Origin: a virus
Reading direction: 5' to 3' (one strand)
Length of the DNA stretch: 64,000 nt
Virus record (IMG/VR): IMGVR_UViG_3300045988_082153
Location: 2,240 to 66,239 of that record
Of the stretch, positions 7,411 to 17,700 are shown piece after piece (within the stretch, counting starts at the first letter, position 1; the number at the start of each line of letters is the position of its first letter). The notes below the pieces were generated by a model. The model was given only the letters and a program-made list of their open reading frames with translations, was not told the DNA's origin and searched no databases. Made by a program: the position numbers and the translations under genes.

Positions 7411-8907
7411 ATGGCTCTATTCAAAGCAACGGTAAGAACGCCACGAAAGGACGGCTTCTACCAAGTGTACATCCGGGTGATGCAGAACCGCAAACCCGGC
7501 TACATCAAGACAGACAAGGTTGTTACCAAGAAACAGCTTGATCGAGAAGGGAATATTACCGACCCATTTGTGACGGAATATTGCGCAAGGCGCATATTGA
7601 GGTTTAGTGAGCTGCTTAACAGGGTGGACTGCACAAGGTGGACGGTCAGGCAGATCATTGAGTATGTGACGAAGGAGGACGAGGACTTGTGCTTCTCTGA
7701 CTATGCTGCACTTCACATAGACCGTATGATTGACAATGGACAGGTGCGGAATGCCAAGAACTACAAACTGGCGTTGCAGCACATGGAGAGGTTTGCAGGT
7801 ACCAACAGGCTTATGTTCGGACAGCTGACATCGACATTCGTGAACCGATGGATAGCTACGTTGGAGCAGACGCACAGGGCAAAGGAAATGTACCCTGTGT
7901 GCATAAGGCAAGTGTTCAGAGCTGCTATCAAGGAATACAACGACTACGACAACGGCATCATCCGTATCAGGACGAACCCTTGGGGCAAGGTGAAGATACC
8001 ACAGGCGGACCGCTCGACAAAGATTGCCATCAGCCCGGAGGAATGCCGACTGTTCTTTGCCGCTCCATTGCCGGAAACGAAGTTCATTGACCCGGTGCCA
8101 GAGATTGGGCGTGACGTGGCCAAGATGATACTTTGCCTTGCAGGTATCAACACGGTTGACCTGTTCGAAATGCCAAGGGACGGCTATCACAACGGAATAT
8201 TATGCTACAACAGGGCGAAGACGAAGAAGGTACGCACGGATGATGCGTATATCGAGATGCGCGTGGAGCCGGTTATCCAGCCATTGGTGGAGAAGTACAA
8301 ATCGCACGATCCAAACGACAAGTACTTTTTCAACTTCCATGAAAGGTTTTGTGACAGTGACTCTTTCTGTGCTTGTGTGAACAAAGGCATCAAGATGGTT
8401 TGTGAGAGTATGGGCATACCGAAAGCGAAGCAGTACAAGGCATACACGTTCCGGCACACATGGGGAACAGTGGCGCAGAACGACTGCAAAGCATCCATTG
8501 ACGAGGTTGCATTTGCCATGAACCACTCTCATGGGCGCACCATCACACGAGGTTATATCAAGTTGGACTTTACACCGGCGTGGGAACTCAACGCTAAAGT
8601 GATTGACTTCATCTTCTTCAGCACACGCAGGAGCAAGCAGGGAATGGCGCGAGACGTTGACGAACGGAAGGACGCTTTGTTCCGCATAGCACCGAAGTAC
8701 ATGATATATGCCCGGGCCTACTTCCGTGGTGAGGTTCTGGCCGAGGTGAGCGACATCGGCTTCAGCAACATTGACGGGATAATATCACGGCTGGTGGCGA
8801 AGCTGCCGGACAGCATCCCGGAAAGATGTGCAGTTCAATTCAGAATTAAAAACGTTGACACGGAACGTGAGGCGGTGTATGAACGCACCAAAGGTAAGGG
8901 CTTTTAA
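7411..8907 (+). CDS. int: tyrosine integrase (Bacteroidota phage type) with a roughly 116-aa extension after the catalytic Tyr
   Basis: ATG at 7411 (MALFKATVRTPRKDGFYQVYIRV, arm-binding N-terminal type). Catalytic region FRHTWGT .. HSHGRTITRGYIK (R, HxxR, Y at 8554-8556). Confidence 0.9.
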   Translation: MALFKATVRTPRKDGFYQVYIRVMQNRKPGYIKTDKVVTKKQLDREGNITDPFVTEYCARRILRFSELLNRVDCTRWTVRQIIEYVTKEDEDLCFSDYAALHIDRMIDNGQVRNAKNYKLALQHMERFAGTNRLMFGQLTSTFVNRWIATLEQTHRAKEMYPVCIRQVFRAAIKEYNDYDNGIIRIRTNPWGKVKIPQADRSTKIAISPEECRLFFAAPLPETKFIDPVPEIGRDVAKMILCLAGINTVDLFEMPRDGYHNGILCYNRAKTKKVRTDDAYIEMRVEPVIQPLVEKYKSHDPNDKYFFNFHERFCDSDSFCACVNKGIKMVCESMGIPKAKQYKAYTFRHTWGTVAQNDCKASIDEVAFAMNHSHGRTITRGYIKLDFTPAWELNAKVIDFIFFSTRRSKQGMARDVDERKDALFRIAPKYMIYARAYFRGEVLAEVSDIGFSNIDGIISRLVAKLPDSIPERCAVQFRIKNVDTEREAVYERTKGKGF

Positions 8908-8912
8908 TTTTT

Positions 8913-8950
8913 TGTCCGGCTTTGCAATTGCAAGGTCGGACATTTTCATT
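8913..8950 (+). terminator. intrinsic terminator after int
   Basis: TGTCCGGCTTTGC / GCAAGGTCGGACA forms a 13-bp stem (two G-U pairs on the + strand), followed by TTTTCATTTTG. Confidence 0.65.
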
Positions 8951-9156
8951 TTGTAGTATCTCAGAAAGTAAAAAAAGAACTTCAAACTCGAAGTCTTTTT
9001 GTCGTCGTTGTTGTGGTATTATACGACGTAAGGAGTATAATATATATCTATATTCCTTTATCCTTTATGTTTATATAACATTCGTTATATCTATACGCGC
9101 GCGCGAGGAAAACCCCATAGGGGATATTATTTGTGTCGAGTTTTCTTCTTTTGAAA

Positions 9157-9200
9157 AACCCCTTAGGGGTTTCTGAAATAACCCCATAGGGGTTTTTATT
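9157..9200 (+). repeat. 44-bp direct repeat, copy 1 (contains two palindromes)
   Basis: AACCCCTTAGGGGTTTCTGAAATAACCCCATAGGGGTTTTTATT is identical to 9449-9492. Confidence 0.9.
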
Positions 9201-9448
9201 CGCTGTAACGTCTTAAATATCAACGGATAACGGCATTTTGTGTTTTTCGCTTTTTGTCATAGTTCATTAGGGTTTAAGCATGTTCTTTACAATTCGTTTC
9301 AGTGGAGTTTTCTGTTTTAAGTCGTTGATTACTTGGAAAATTATGTAGTTGTCGAGGGGTTTATTTACGGTTGATTTTCATGCAGTTAAAAAAACGGGTA
9401 AGGGGTTTTATAAATAACCCCATAGGGGTTTTTGTTTTGCGTTTTAAT

Positions 9449-9492
9449 AACCCCTTAGGGGTTTCTGAAATAACCCCATAGGGGTTTTTATT
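9449..9492 (+). repeat. 44-bp direct repeat, copy 2
   Basis: Identical to 9157-9200. Confidence 0.9.
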
Positions 9493-9600
9493 GAAGAGCA
9501 TGAAAACAAAAACGACCCATCCTCACGGACAGGTCGAAGCCTAAAAAACTATGAGTAAACAAAATGAGTCGGTCTAAAAGTAGATGAAATAGAGACTGGC

Positions 9601-9939
9601 TTAATCGTCCTCGTCGTCATCATCTTCTTCCTCGCCACAAAGGACGCGCAGCTTGTCTTCGATTGTGTGTACGCAGACGTGTGCGTTCATGTCAACGTCG
9701 ATAGCCTTCATCTTTGGCGTGTGGAACTCCAGCAAGCGAAGTTCTGCGTTTACGCGATCGTCAGGCGCAAGCATCATCATGTCGCAATCGAAGTCTGACA
9801 TTGTGCGCTTCTTACCGTCGTCGCCAACTATTTCCTTGGGTTCGAAGTATGCCAAGGAATGTGTTTTGATGAACCCTTTAATCGGGTTCTCCTTGTTTGG
9901 TGTGCCCTTTTTCCGGCCACCGGTCTTCATTCCCTTCAT
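9601..9939 (-). CDS. basic-N-terminus/acidic-tail DNA-binding protein; small-terminase-like candidate
   Basis: MKGMKTGGRKKGTPNKENP.. N-terminus, AELRLLEFHTPKMKAIDV segment and C-terminal EEEDDDDEDD. It lies adjacent to the palindrome array. The function is a guess. Confidence 0.55.
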   Translation of the reverse strand: MKGMKTGGRKKGTPNKENPIKGFIKTHSLAYFEPKEIVGDDGKKRTMSDFDCDMMMLAPDDRVNAELRLLEFHTPKMKAIDVDMNAHVCVHTIEDKLRVLCGEEEDDDDEDD

Positions 9940-9969
9940 ATTGATATGTTTTGTGTTGCGCCGTTGGCG

Positions 9970-9978
9970 CAAAAGTTA
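9970..9978 (-). promoter_or_regulatory. candidate -7 box TAACTTTTG for the 9601-9939 gene
   Basis: The reverse complement reads TAACTTTTG, the same 9-mer as the + strand copy at 10023-10031. It resembles the Bacteroidota TAnnTTTG element. Confidence 0.3.
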
Positions 9979-10022
9979 AAAGTACTGGGCAAAGATACAT
10001 TACTAATTTAGCGCACGATTTA

Positions 10023-10031
10023 TAACTTTTG
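10023..10031 (+). promoter_or_regulatory. candidate -7 box TAACTTTTG for the rightward structural operon
   Basis: Lies 15 nt upstream of the ATG at 10046. Confidence 0.3.
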
Positions 10032-10045
10032 AAACATAAAACGAT

Positions 10046-10543
10046 ATGGGACTAATTGGTAGCATAGCAGGAGGCGCACTCGGAGCAGCCGGCAGCATCT
10101 TTGGCGGCATCAGCGCAAGTAAGGCGATGAGACGAGTGAAGAAGAACCTCCAAGCACAGAAGGAGGCCAACCAGAACTGGTATGACCGTCGTTATAACGA
10201 GGATGCGACGCAGAGGGCGGACGCTCAGCGCATACTCACCCAGACGGAGGAGAGCATCAGGAACCGCAACCGACAGGCGGCAGGTGCCCAAGCCGTGATG
10301 GGTGGTACTGACGAGAGCACAGCAGCAGCCAAGGCCGCGAACGCACAAGCATTGGCTGCTGCAACGTCGCAGATAGCTGTTAATGCGGAGAACCGCAAAG
10401 ACCAGATTGAGCAAACCTATCAGCAGCGCGACTCGCAGATCAACGAAGCGTTGAACAATTTGGAGATTAATAAGGCACAAGCCATCAGTCAAGCCGTGCA
10501 GGGCGTAGCCAAAGCAGGTGCAGGGATTGCTGGAGCCTTCTAA
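10046..10543 (+). CDS. virion/ejection protein candidate with glycine-zipper ends
   Basis: N-terminus GLIGSIAGGALGAAGSIFGGISA and C-terminus GVAKAGAGIAGAF flank a Q/A/N-rich helical core. Confidence 0.65.
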   Translation: MGLIGSIAGGALGAAGSIFGGISASKAMRRVKKNLQAQKEANQNWYDRRYNEDATQRADAQRILTQTEESIRNRNRQAAGAQAVMGGTDESTAAAKAANAQALAAATSQIAVNAENRKDQIEQTYQQRDSQINEALNNLEINKAQAISQAVQGVAKAGAGIAGAF

Positions 10544-10554
10544 AAACATTCGAC

Positions 10555-11763
10555 ATGAGTAATTGGACAGAAGAACAGCAGGAACAGTACGAGCAGGGCA
10601 ATGATGGTGGATATACCCCACCTAAAGGTTCGCTTGACTGGGCCGAGCAGCCTACACAGCCAGAGCCAGCACCGAAAGGGACGGAGGCATGGACCGAGCA
10701 GCCTACACAGCCAGAGCCAGCACCGAAAGGGACGGAGGCATGGACCGAGCAGAACAGCGGAGGCAATGCACCGGAGCCGTCGGAGTCGAAAGAACCACCA
10801 AAGACAGATGTGGCACCACCTGCCGACAAGCCAGCCGGTGTGTCGCCACACAACGACACGATGGGCTACGACCAGCAGATAGCAGCCTTGCAGGAAGCCG
10901 CTAACCGCGTGAAGCCGGAAACCGAGGAGGAACGCAAGAAGAGAGAACGCAGAGAGAAGTCAGCGAAGATTGTTTCAGCTGTCAGCGACGGTCTGCAAGC
11001 GTTGAGCAACCTTTTCTTCACTACTCGCGGTGCTCCTAACATGTATGACCACAAGGAGGCAAGCCAGCTCACGCCATTGCAGGAGAAACTGGAGAAGCTG
11101 AAAGCTGAACGACAAGCCAACGCGGACAAATACCTCCAGTATTCACTCAAAATCGGTGACGCACAGAATGAGCGTGCCAAGACCTTGCGAGAGATGGAAG
11201 CTGAGCAGGAAAAGCAAAAATTGGCACGTGAAAAGGCACAACGTGAGCAAGAAGAGCACGGATGGCTTGCGGCATTGCAGCCAGACAAGCAGCGTGAGCA
11301 AGCTGGTAAGGCTACTAAAGCCGAACAGGAGGCTGTTACCGCCAAGGCAGAAGCGGACAATGCTCCTGATCTCTACAAGGCAAAGGTTGATACCGAAAAG
11401 GCACGAGGTGAGGCACAGAGAGCGTCGGCTGCATCAAGCCGGGCAGCGGCTACAGACCATTATGCTTCGGCAAGAGCGCACGACCGCTCCAACAACGACG
11501 AGTTCAGTGCATGGGACGAGAATGGACGCGAACACAAGTTCAGAACGGCAGCAGCTGCGGAGGCTTTTGCCAAACAGCACGGCACATTCGAGGAGACCGA
11601 TGTCACCTCTACAAGCACAACTGACAGCGAGACCAACGGCAAGTCCACTACTACCTACAAGAAGAAAAGTGGCTATGCCAAGCGCGTAGTTCCCGATAAT
11701 ACGCCCCCAAGCAGAAGACGCGGAGGCAATAAAGATAATACACCACCAAGCAGAAGAAGATAA
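10555..11763 (+). CDS. low-complexity coiled-coil virion protein candidate with internal repeats
   Basis: EQPTQPEPAPKGTEAWT occurs twice. E/K/A/Q-rich middle region. C-terminal DNTPPSRRR occurs twice. The stop overlaps the start of the giant ORF (TAATG). Confidence 0.7.
   Translation: MSNWTEEQQEQYEQGNDGGYTPPKGSLDWAEQPTQPEPAPKGTEAWTEQPTQPEPAPKGTEAWTEQNSGGNAPEPSESKEPPKTDVAPPADKPAGVSPHNDTMGYDQQIAALQEAANRVKPETEEERKKRERREKSAKIVSAVSDGLQALSNLFFTTRGAPNMYDHKEASQLTPLQEKLEKLKAERQANADKYLQYSLKIGDAQNERAKTLREMEAEQEKQKLAREKAQREQEEHGWLAALQPDKQREQAGKATKAEQEAVTAKAEADNAPDLYKAKVDTEKARGEAQRASAASSRAAATDHYASARAHDRSNNDEFSAWDENGREHKFRTAAAAEAFAKQHGTFEETDVTSTSTTDSETNGKSTTTYKKKSGYAKRVVPDNTPPSRRRGGNKDNTPPSRRR
10645..10746 (+). 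repeat. perfect 51-bp tandem duplication (2 copies) inside the CDS
   Basis: 10645-10695 is identical to 10696-10746 (GAGCAGCCTACACAGCCAGAGCCAGCACCGAAAGGGACGGAGGCATGGACC). Confidence 0.9.
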
Positions 11764-14700
11764 TGGCACAAGTAAACGATAATGACGACATCAAGTGGCT
11801 CTACGGCAAACTGAAAGCCAAGGGCTACAATATTGGCAGTGAAGCAGAGTTCAAGTCTTCGCTTGCCAACGGTGAAGACCGCAAGTGGTATTACGAGAAG
11901 GCCAAGGGCATGGGGCTTGACATGGGCAACATGGCCGACTTCGAGAGTATGTATGCACCAAAGGCGGCACCGGCACCCAAGAGGAAAGCCCCATCTTCTG
12001 GACAGCGGAGGCCAGCCTCAGCCGTTTCGGCATCCCCGGAACAGCCAAAGCAGCAGAAGCCGAAGGGCACGCCTATGACGGAGCAGGACAAAATCCGCAT
12101 GAGCTTGCAGATGGGCCAGATGAAGCAGCAGGTGCAGCAGGGCATTGCCAACACCAATGCCAAGATTGGTCGCATGATGGAGCCGTTGACACAGAAAGGA
12201 CGCGAGCGACGCAGACTTGGAGAGTTCCAAGCGCGTATGGCTGGCACTCCTACTCATGTCGTCGGCTTCAACACCGCATCCCCGGCTCCAGCAAGTAGTG
12301 GCGCACGTGGCGGCAGTCGGCAGAAGCCGGTGCAGAGCGAGCAGTCGCCTCAGCCATACGGCGTGAAGTATGAGAACGGCAAGGCGAAAACCCAGTGGGT
12401 ATTGCCCGACGGTACGCTCACTACATCACTTATAGAGGCCAACCAAGCCGAGTATGAGGCAAGAACGGCACGTCTCGCCCACCAATTCCAAAACCGTATG
12501 AAGGAGAACGGACTTGACCCTAACAAGCCCGAGGACGTTCGCAAACAGGCGCAGCTGGACTATGAGGCTCCTATGCGAAAGGCCATTGAAGACGAGTGGC
12601 AGCGTGCCGAAGCCGAGGACAGAGCGGCTGATGAGGCGTACCGCAAGGATATGGAACGTGCTGAAGGTGGCAGTTTCTGGGATAGGTTGAAGAAATCTAT
12701 CACTCCTCTTGGTCCCGATGGTATGCCATTGCGACGAGGTGACGAGACTTTGCGCGACATCAAACGAGCAGCCAAGCGTCAGGACACGTTCAATCTGGAG
12801 AAGATGGCGCAGTCGGTGTTGCAGAATATGCCACAGGAGTATAAGGATAATCAGATGCTGAACTACAGCCGCTATTTCCGCGAGCATCCGTCGGAGCTGA
12901 AAGGCAGAACGGTGTCGCAAGCTGCAAAGGAAGCCCTGCAAGGCGAGGTGTACCACGCTACGTATGAGCGTGCAGTGCAAGCACGAATGCCTAAGAGTAA
13001 GACGGAGTTCCTTCTTCGCAAGGTTGCAGACCAGCCTTTCTTCTCACAGACGATTGCCGACAATATGGCAGCACGTCTATTCTCCCACTCCATCGGAACA
13101 GAGGCCGCCGACATGGACGCGATGAGCAGATATGGCACAGATCATCGTGCGCTCGACATCACTGGTACCGTTTTGAATATGGCTATTGACCCGACTACCT
13201 ATATTTCGGGTGGTGTTGGTAGCTTTGCAGGTAAACAAGCCTTGAAACTGAGTGGCAAAATGGCACTTAAAGGCGCAAGCAAGGAAGCTGCAGAGCGTTA
13301 CGTCGGTCGTACACTTGCCGGACGTATGGTTGCAGGAGTGGCCGCAGGTTCTGCCAACTTCGGTACATTCGAGGGCTTGAAGAACATGCAGCAGCAGATG
13401 AGGCTGGGCGGAACATTGAACCCGGAAACTGGCGAGTATGAGTTTTCAGCTGGCGACATGTTGAAGGCGACCGGGCACGGCATGTTGCTCGGTTCGGTTA
13501 CCGGTACCCTATCTCCAGTGTTGGGCAATGTGTCTGACAAGTTGGTGAAGGCCACCGAGAGCACGGCTGGCAAGGTGGGCATCCGTGCAGGAGAGCTTAT
13601 GACCTCTACTGTTGCCGAGGGAACTATTTTTGCTACTCCCGAATGGATCGAGAACGCACAGTTAGCAGACGACGACCCAAGAAAGCGCAAGGCTATGGAC
13701 ATCTGGACGGACAACATGGCTATGATGTTGGGTTTCAAGGTAAGCCACGGCATCAAGTCGGCACCACAGGTTATTGCCGGTCTTCGTCCTATAGCTGAGC
13801 CTAAGACCATGGAGGAGCGCAACCGCAACCGAAGAAGTTTTGCAGAGAGACTACGTAAGCGCATGGATGCGAGTCCGCGTGACCTCGACTTCACCAAGGA
13901 GGAACGTGAGGAACTCAGACGCAACGGATATGGTGACCTTGCATCGCTCTTCACTCGCACACCTAAGCAGCCGACAAAACCAAAAGCCAAGCCGACCATG
14001 ACGGACGGCAAAACCATGACCTTTGACGTTGACTACCAACATGCAGAGGCCAAGCGTGTGAGCAATCCGGAGTTTGACGGCTACGAAGCTATGGAACGCC
14101 TCATGCAGGACCCGAACGTCAGTCAGAGCGCAAGAGCGAAGGCATATTATATCCTCACTGGACGTATGTTGCCGATGGGCACCGTCACTGGTTATACAAC
14201 CAATAAGGATGCGAACGGCGTGACTGTACAGGCTGTGACCGCACAAGGCGAGGTTGTAACGAGCCGCCACTTCAAAACTGAGGAAGGGGCAAAGAAGGAG
14301 GAGGCCAACATCATGCGTCAGGCCGAGCTTAATAGTGTGGACGTTGGTGAACGCTACAAGGAAGCAGCCGCCAATGCCAAGGTTGTGCAAGCCGCTGTTG
14401 AGTCTGTTGCACCCGGTGCCGACTTTGCCACTGTCATGCGCAACTACAAGGTTGTGAAGGAGGGCGACAAGGATGCTATTGCGGCCTATGGCAAGATGGT
14501 TGAGGATATAGACCGCGCCATTGAAGCCAACAAGACAATGGCAGACGGTGAACGTCCGGAAGCCATCCGCGCATCAATCAAGGAGGAAACCGGCGTGGAC
14601 GTTGACGCTACACTACGCAAGGAGCCGAAAAACCGCACCGAAGAGGAGCAAGCAGCTGTAGAAGACTATATCAAGCGTTTGTTCCCAGAACAGAAGAGCG

Positions 14701-17700
14701 AGGAGGCAGGAGCCAGCGCAGAGGCAGAGCAGCCTATGTCGGAGGCAGAGTCAGCCGCCGCAGCCGCATACGACCAAGCACGTCTGCTTTGGGATAAGGT
14801 GGAGAAAGGCGATACCGACGCTAAGGCCGAGGTAGATGCCATTACTTTGCGTATGCAGGAGGCTTACCAGATGTGTGAGGATGCCTTCGGTGCTGACGCT
14901 GAAATGCGCATTGCAGAAATAAACGAAGACCCTTGGCCGCTTGTCAACAATCCGGAACTAAGCGAAGACCAGCAGGACGCTGTACTCTACTATGTCAATG
15001 CCAAGGCAGCAATGGAGGGCGTTATGGACGCTTCCAATGAAGCCGCCGACGGCAAGCGCAAGGAGGTTGAAGCCAATGTGGAGCGACACACCCATAAGGA
15101 TATGGGCGTTGTCCAGCCTGCAACCATGAAGGTTGACGACAAGCCGGTGTACGTTGTCAAGGGCAATGTCGTGATGCTCCCCGATGGTTCCGGCATTGAC
15201 GTGCGCAATTCGGATCAGAGTATTGTTATCTGTGATGCAGAGACTGGCGAGTATAAGTTTGCCAGCCCGGACCAACTGTTCTCTCTTGGTGAGGCCATCG
15301 ACCCACAGACAGAACTCGATGAGGCATACGCAAACATTCAAGCCGAGCACGAAACCGTGCTTGGTGTACCAGAAAACGGTGAAAACGTACAGGGAAACGG
15401 TGAAAACGTATCACAGCTTACCGATGAGCAGTTGCAACAGTACGCCCATAGTGCCTTCAATGAAGCCACACAGAGCAACGGTATCACCATTCCGCAAGAG
15501 CAAGCCGAGCAGTTGCAGCAGCACAACCAACAGATGTTGGAGCAGGAACAACAGCGCAAGGAAGAGGAGGCAAACCGCCAGCCTACCGCATTGGAGCATG
15601 TACCCATCAACGAGGAAACCGGTGAACCGATGTTTGAGAAGGCAGACCGCGAGACAGCCCTTGATGCCCTCAATGAGGTTACCGGAGGTAACGATGAAAA
15701 TACTACCGCCATCGTGAGAGCGCAAGTAGAACAGGCTACCAAGGCACTTGAAGCGTTGAAGAAGAAGGAACCCACAAAGAAAGCTCCTTCTCTGAAAGGT
15801 TCACCAATGGCAATGGTAAAGGCGCAGCAGGAAGCAGAGGCCAACTACAACACCGCCATGGAAGAGTATAACGCCCAAGTAGCCGCAGCAGAAGAGAACT
15901 TGAACGCATGGTCGCGCATCAACTCCCTTATGAATGACAGAAAGCGTGCTATCCGTGAGCAGCAGGAGGCAGAGCGCAAGGTTCGCGAGGAAAAGCTACA
16001 CGCCGAAGCCGTTGCACGTCTGGAGGAAGACAAGCGCATTGCCGCTGAGAAAGCAGCCGAGCAAGAGGCCGTCGGCACTCATGCCGTGAACCCGAAGATA
16101 AAAGCAAAGTGGGACGGAGCCACCAAGGTTGAGGGCAATCCTAATGCTATCACCCTTGCAGATGGTTCTACAATCCGTGGTCACTACGTCCTCACTGAGG
16201 CAGGAGCAGCCACAGCCAGCCATGACGTGAACAATGCCTACGAGCCTACTGAAGGTTTCCCGGTTGATGAGAATGGTGAGAGCGTGAATGACCGTGACTA
16301 CAAGCGTGACAAAGACGCGCAGCGCATTGTTAGGGATATGGCAGACAGCTACGACAGCAGAGCTTTGCAGACACCAGTCATTGTCAGCAAGGACGGCGTT
16401 GTGCTTTCGGGCAACAACCGCACTATGTCGGGCGAAATTGCAGCAAAGAACGGCACAGACAAGGCGTATGTGGACCACTTGCGCGAGTTTGGAGCCATGT
16501 TCGGTTTCACTCCCGAGCAGATAGACGGCATGCAACATCCGCGTGTTGTCTTTGTTCCAGATGAGGAACTGCCATACGATGCAAGTACGTTTGCACGCTT
16601 CAACGCAGAACAGCAGAAGAAGCAGAGCAAACCTGAGCACGCCGTGAAACTTGGCAAGATTGTTCCTGACAATGTGTTCACAAGCATCACCAATGACATC
16701 AGCCGCTTTGACCGCATGTCGGACTACTATGCCGACGACAAATCAGTGGCTTCTGCCATCAGTCAGTTGTTGGATGCAGGAGTTATTAACGAAATGCAGT
16801 TGCCGGAGCTTCGCACTGGCAATGCTTTGTCGGCAGCAGGTAAGGAACTTATCGAGAACACACTTATAGGCAAGGTCTTCCAGACTTCGCCCGATGCCGT
16901 GCGTCAGATTATCAGCACACTGACACTTCGTCAGTCTGTTGTTATGGGCTTGAACGAGATTGCCAATAACCGCACACTTGCCAAGAGCGGCTATGACCTT
17001 AGCAAGGAATTGGCAGCAGCCGTTGATCTTGTGAGTCGTGCCAAGTCTGACTCGCCCGAAATCTATAAGGAAGGTATGCCGGTATCTCCTTACGGCAGAC
17101 AGAAAGGGCTGTTTGACGACGAATACGGAGACAGTCGTGTAACCGATGGCGTTACGTTGCTCCTTGCCGACCTGCTGAACAGCGGAAAGCCGAGCGACTT
17201 GCGCAAGGTTCTCTCTACATACAATAATGAGGCTGCATCACCTGCTGCAGGTCAGATAGACATGTTTAGCGGTGACGTGAGCTCTAAGGAAGAAATTCTC
17301 AAAAATGTAAACGAATATTTCAGAAATGCTACACCAAAAGAACAACAAGCCCTCATCGACGCAGCCGTTGCAGAACGCAAACGGAGAGCAGAAGCCGCAG
17401 AGCCAGCTGGAGGAGACGAGGCAAGCGAACAAGCTAAGGTTGTTGCTGGGAGCGATGCAGAGCCTCAACAGCCAGTCGTAGCCAGTGAAGAACCAGCTAA
17501 GGGTAACAATCCCGATGCCGACGCATTGGCGAAGGAAGCCGAAGAAAAACTGAGCGAGCGCATCACCGACACAGACGACGAGTGGACGGAGCCAAGCGAA
17601 TATGGCGAAATCTACAAGCATCGTATGTTCGTTGATGGCAAGGAAGTTATCAAGGTTGACGCTCCTGACAAGAGCAAGAATTATCCCGGAACCTATTATG

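Larger units (their letters stand above)
9111..9492. repeat. array of AACCCC-(A/T)TA-GGGGTT palindromes (6 good copies plus 1 degenerate)
   Basis: Copies at 9111-9125, 9157-9171, 9179-9193, 9417-9431, 9449-9463 and 9471-9485, plus a degenerate copy near 9395-9410. They form two clusters either side of an AT-rich spacer and have A-runs 5' and T-runs 3'. Confidence 0.8.

Noticed and set aside
9091-9108. Alternating CG run (ACGCGCGCGCGA) with Z-DNA potential.
   Set aside because: It is short, isolated and has no supporting context. It may just be part of the regulatory intergenic region.
8922-9176. 84-aa + strand ORF in the int-downstream intergenic region. The ORFs at 58580-58762 and 59264-59449 are similar cases.
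   Set aside because: They have low-complexity or Cys/Phe/Ile-rich composition and overlap repeats and terminators. They have no coupling to neighbouring genes.
9157-9492. Possible CRISPR-like array formed by the 44-bp direct repeats.
   Set aside because: Only two copies are present, 248 bp apart. The repeats are built from protein-binding-type palindromes, and there are no cas genes or regular spacers.
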